Shown here piece by piece: positions 59,758 through 64,000 of a DNA stretch of 64,000 nucleotides. Source of the stretch: the human T2T-CHM13v2.0 reference genome, Homo sapiens; assembly GCF_009914755.1 (NCBI RefSeq), contig NC_060934.1; one strand, written 5' to 3'. Under the pieces are notes generated by a model, which worked only from the letters and a program-made list of their open reading frames with translations, was not told the DNA's origin and searched no databases. A program made the position numbers and the translations under genes. The stretch's first letter is position 1. The number at the start of each line of letters is the position of its first letter.

Positions 59758-59806
59758 TTTTGTGGGTGTGGCAACTCTGTCAGGCAGAGTTGCCACACCC
59801 GCAAAA
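59758..59806. repeat. Inverted repeat, 22-bp arms (1 mismatch), 5-bp spacer
   Basis: ttttgtgggtgtggcaactctg-tcagg-cagagttgccacacccgcaaaa. Confidence 0.9.
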
Positions 59807-60105
59807 TGCCCTAATGCCATTTCCTACCATGTGGCTGTAGCGGGTTCACTAGGTGGCCAGTGCTTGAAGCAACTTCTGAAATATTTCTGATATATTCAAG
59901 AAGGAATCTGGTCAATTGTCAGACTATAGGCCAGGAGTCAGCGCACTCAAATGCCTACAGATGGCTGGGTGTGGTGGCTCATGCCAGCAATCTCAGCACT
60001 TTGGGAAGCCTAGGTGGAAGGGTCTCCTGTGCCTAGGAGTTTAAGATCAGCCCTGGCAACACAGCAAGACCACATCTCTACAAAAAATAAAAAACAAAAA
60101 AATTA

Positions 60106-60213
<108 letters not shown>

Positions 60214-61678
60214 CTACACTCTAGCCTAGGTGACAAAGTGAGATCATGTCAAAACAACAACAGCAACAAAAATTTCAAATGCCTACAGATGCCATTGTGT
60301 CCTTGCCTAGAGGGATGTGTTGCTTAGTGACCTGGCTGGTTCCAAGCTTGAGACCTCTGCACTGACCACTGTTCCTGCCAGGGATGTCCTGTCCCCGAGA
60401 TAAGCCCACGTTAGGATTCTGGGTGTTGTTAGGATCTCAGCTCAAATGTCACTTCTCCAAAGGCTCTGACCAGCTAATGACTCTCTCCACCATCACTCTG
60501 CTTAATTGTTTCTCCGCCATCTGAAATAAACTAGCTCATTCTCGGTCTCCTTCTTCTAGAACAACAGCTTTGTAATTATAGGGCCCTTCCCCAGCTTGTT
60601 TCGCCATTGTTTTATCGCAAGAGCCTACAACAGAGTCATGTCTGGCACAAAGAAGATGTTCAATAAATATTTGCTGACCGAACGAACTGTTTGATTTTTT
60701 TTTCCCTAAGTGAAGCCAGGAATAGAATTCCATGGGAAATCTTCCCATTTTTTAATGTTGGCGGTAAATTCAAACACAGCAAACAAATATCCCCAAACGA
60801 ACTGTATGGACCAAACAAAATACATCTGGAAACAGGTGGTTGTTCTGCATTCCCAGATCAGCCCATCATTCTATTCAGCCACATTAAGTCTTGGCATTGA
60901 AGCGGGAATCCACAAAAATCTGATAAACTGGGAAAGGGGATTTGGAGTCTGAAGAAATCACGTTTTGTGTCTCCCCCTTCCCTAGGATGTCCCATGAGTG
61001 TGGGAAACACTCAACTCTACTGAGCTAAAGTTCCTTTCTGATAAAGACGGGAGTCCCCCACCTCCAGGGTTGCTTTGGGAATAATGGTGTAAAATGTTGG
61101 TTTATAGGAATACCTGTTTTTCTAATGGATAAGCTCAGCTAAGAATGAATAGATAAAAACATTGTTTTTTCAGGCCAGGGGCAGTGGCTCACGCCTGTAA
61201 TCCCAGCACTTTGGGAGGCTGAGGCAGGCAGATCACGAGGTCAGGAGATCGAGACCATCCTGGCTAACACGGTGAAACCCCGTTTCTACTAAAAAATACA
61301 AAAAATTAGCTTGGCGTGGTGGCCGGTGCCTGTAGTCCCAGCTACTCAGGAGGCTGAGGCAGGAAAATGGTGTGAACCCGGGAGGCGGAGCTTGCAGTGA
61401 GTGGAGATCACACCACTACACTCCAGCCTGGGTGACAGAGCAAGACTCCGTCTCAAAAAAAAACAAAAACAAAAACAAAAAAACATTTTTTTTCCCTAAA
61501 GGATCTAAGTTGTGATCCCATTTTTCTTCCCCTTCAGTTTAGGAAAACTTCAAACTGCATACTGGAAATGGCTGGGCTGCCAGATACAAATACGTGTACA
61601 TGGCGTACTGCAGGGACAAGCCAGACACTTCTGTGGAAGCTTCTAGTGAAGGACATTCTGCACATGCCGGGTGTATTC

Positions 61679-61682
<4 letters not shown>

Positions 61683-61719
<37 letters not shown>

Positions 61720-61728
61720 ATGTGTGTG
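61683..61728. repeat. (TG)n microsatellite
   Basis: Seen directly. Confidence 0.95.
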
Positions 61729-61802
61729 CGTAAAAATAATTTTAAAGGGGTGATTCAAAGGAAGGGGCAAAAAGAACCACGATGGCCTGGTGTGGTGGCT
61801 CA

Positions 61803-62088
<286 letters not shown>

Positions 62089-62509
62089 TCAAAAATGTGA
62101 TACATGGCTGGAGTGTACTAGGTGCTTTACGTAAATGATCACACTTAGGTCTTATGCAACCTTGGAAGGGAGATTTTACAGATCTCATATTTGAGGCCAG
62201 AAGCATTAGGTCCAGAGACATTAGTAATTTGCCCAAGGACGGGCCCTCTCCTAACATTTACAGAACTTGAGAAGTTTCAGGCGTGATGAAGGCACAAAAC
62301 TACATTCGAAAGGAAAAAAAAAACATACAAAGTGTTGATCTTCTTTTAAAAAATCATGTGTTAAGTGAGTGCTAACATAAAAGAGATTATAGCTCATACA
62401 AAAGTATAAAACCAAAACAAACTTACGAAAGAAACAAGAAACAAAGCTACAGTTTCAAAATAAATTTCGAATTAAAAACATCAACTTAATGGTGTACCTG
62501 ATGACATAT

Positions 62510-63558
<1,049 letters not shown>

Positions 63559-64000
63559 ATATTACTGAACTGAACTTGTCACTTGCAACATACATACACA
63601 TGACATCCATGGCTAGGTGGGGCTTCTTTCGAGCTTGGCATGACTATGATTCAATTCTTCCACTACCTTTCTCAAACTGAACTGTAAAACTTCCCATCTC
63701 TCAACATACTTTAATTCCACCTGTCCTTATTATGCTGGTGTTGTATCATTTGTATATTACATTTACCATGGTTCATTCTCATTTGTCCTATTCTATCCAA
63801 CAGTGTGTTCATAAATGCAGACTCAGGCAATAACATTATGTGATCGTTTTAAATTCTGTATTGAATTCAGATGATGCAGAATATTTTCATGTTAAGTTGT
63901 AAAAGATCATGATCAAACCCCAAACTCCAAATTTGAAAATCCTTGCAGATGATTCCCAGGCCTCAAAGAAGCGGTCTGGATCTACAGGCTTCAGTGGGAA

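Noticed and set aside
59843-59861. Second CTCF-like motif (ttcactaggtggcca); similar weak matches near 40946 and 48856
   Set aside because: Mismatches at core positions; too weak to call without data.

Overview
Human (primate) genomic DNA, very Alu-rich (about 60 Alu copies by eye), with many LTR and DNA-transposon relics. The only protein-coding gene I can support is the 3' part of FAM171A1 on the minus strand (chr10p13, recognised from the protein sequence). Three coding exons with canonical GT-AG sites are visible: 49253-49369, 44306-44420 (transmembrane exon) and the large terminal exon (CDS 41225-42911). A ~1.3 kb 3'UTR ends after AATAAA at 39971-39976. Positions 49370-64000 are intronic and 1-39900 look intergenic. 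Nearly all other ORFs in the track come from Alus or simple repeats. I see no evidence of a new multi-gene system. The most interesting signals are structural: (1) a perfect palindrome with 63-bp arms made by inverted duplication of an old DNA-transposon end (36623-36771); (2) a head-to-head AluY pair 32 bp apart sharing three non-consensus bases; (3) an exon-phase arrangement in which skipping the TM exon would give a soluble FAM171A1 ectodomain ending GGSA-stop in the last exon, with a ~170-bp direct duplication bracketing that exon; (4) an MLT2A LTR inserted into an AluS; (5) a fused inverted Alu chimera; (6) a structured CAT/CAC repeat. Repeat subfamily names come from recalled consensus sequences, and repeat boundaries are approximate.
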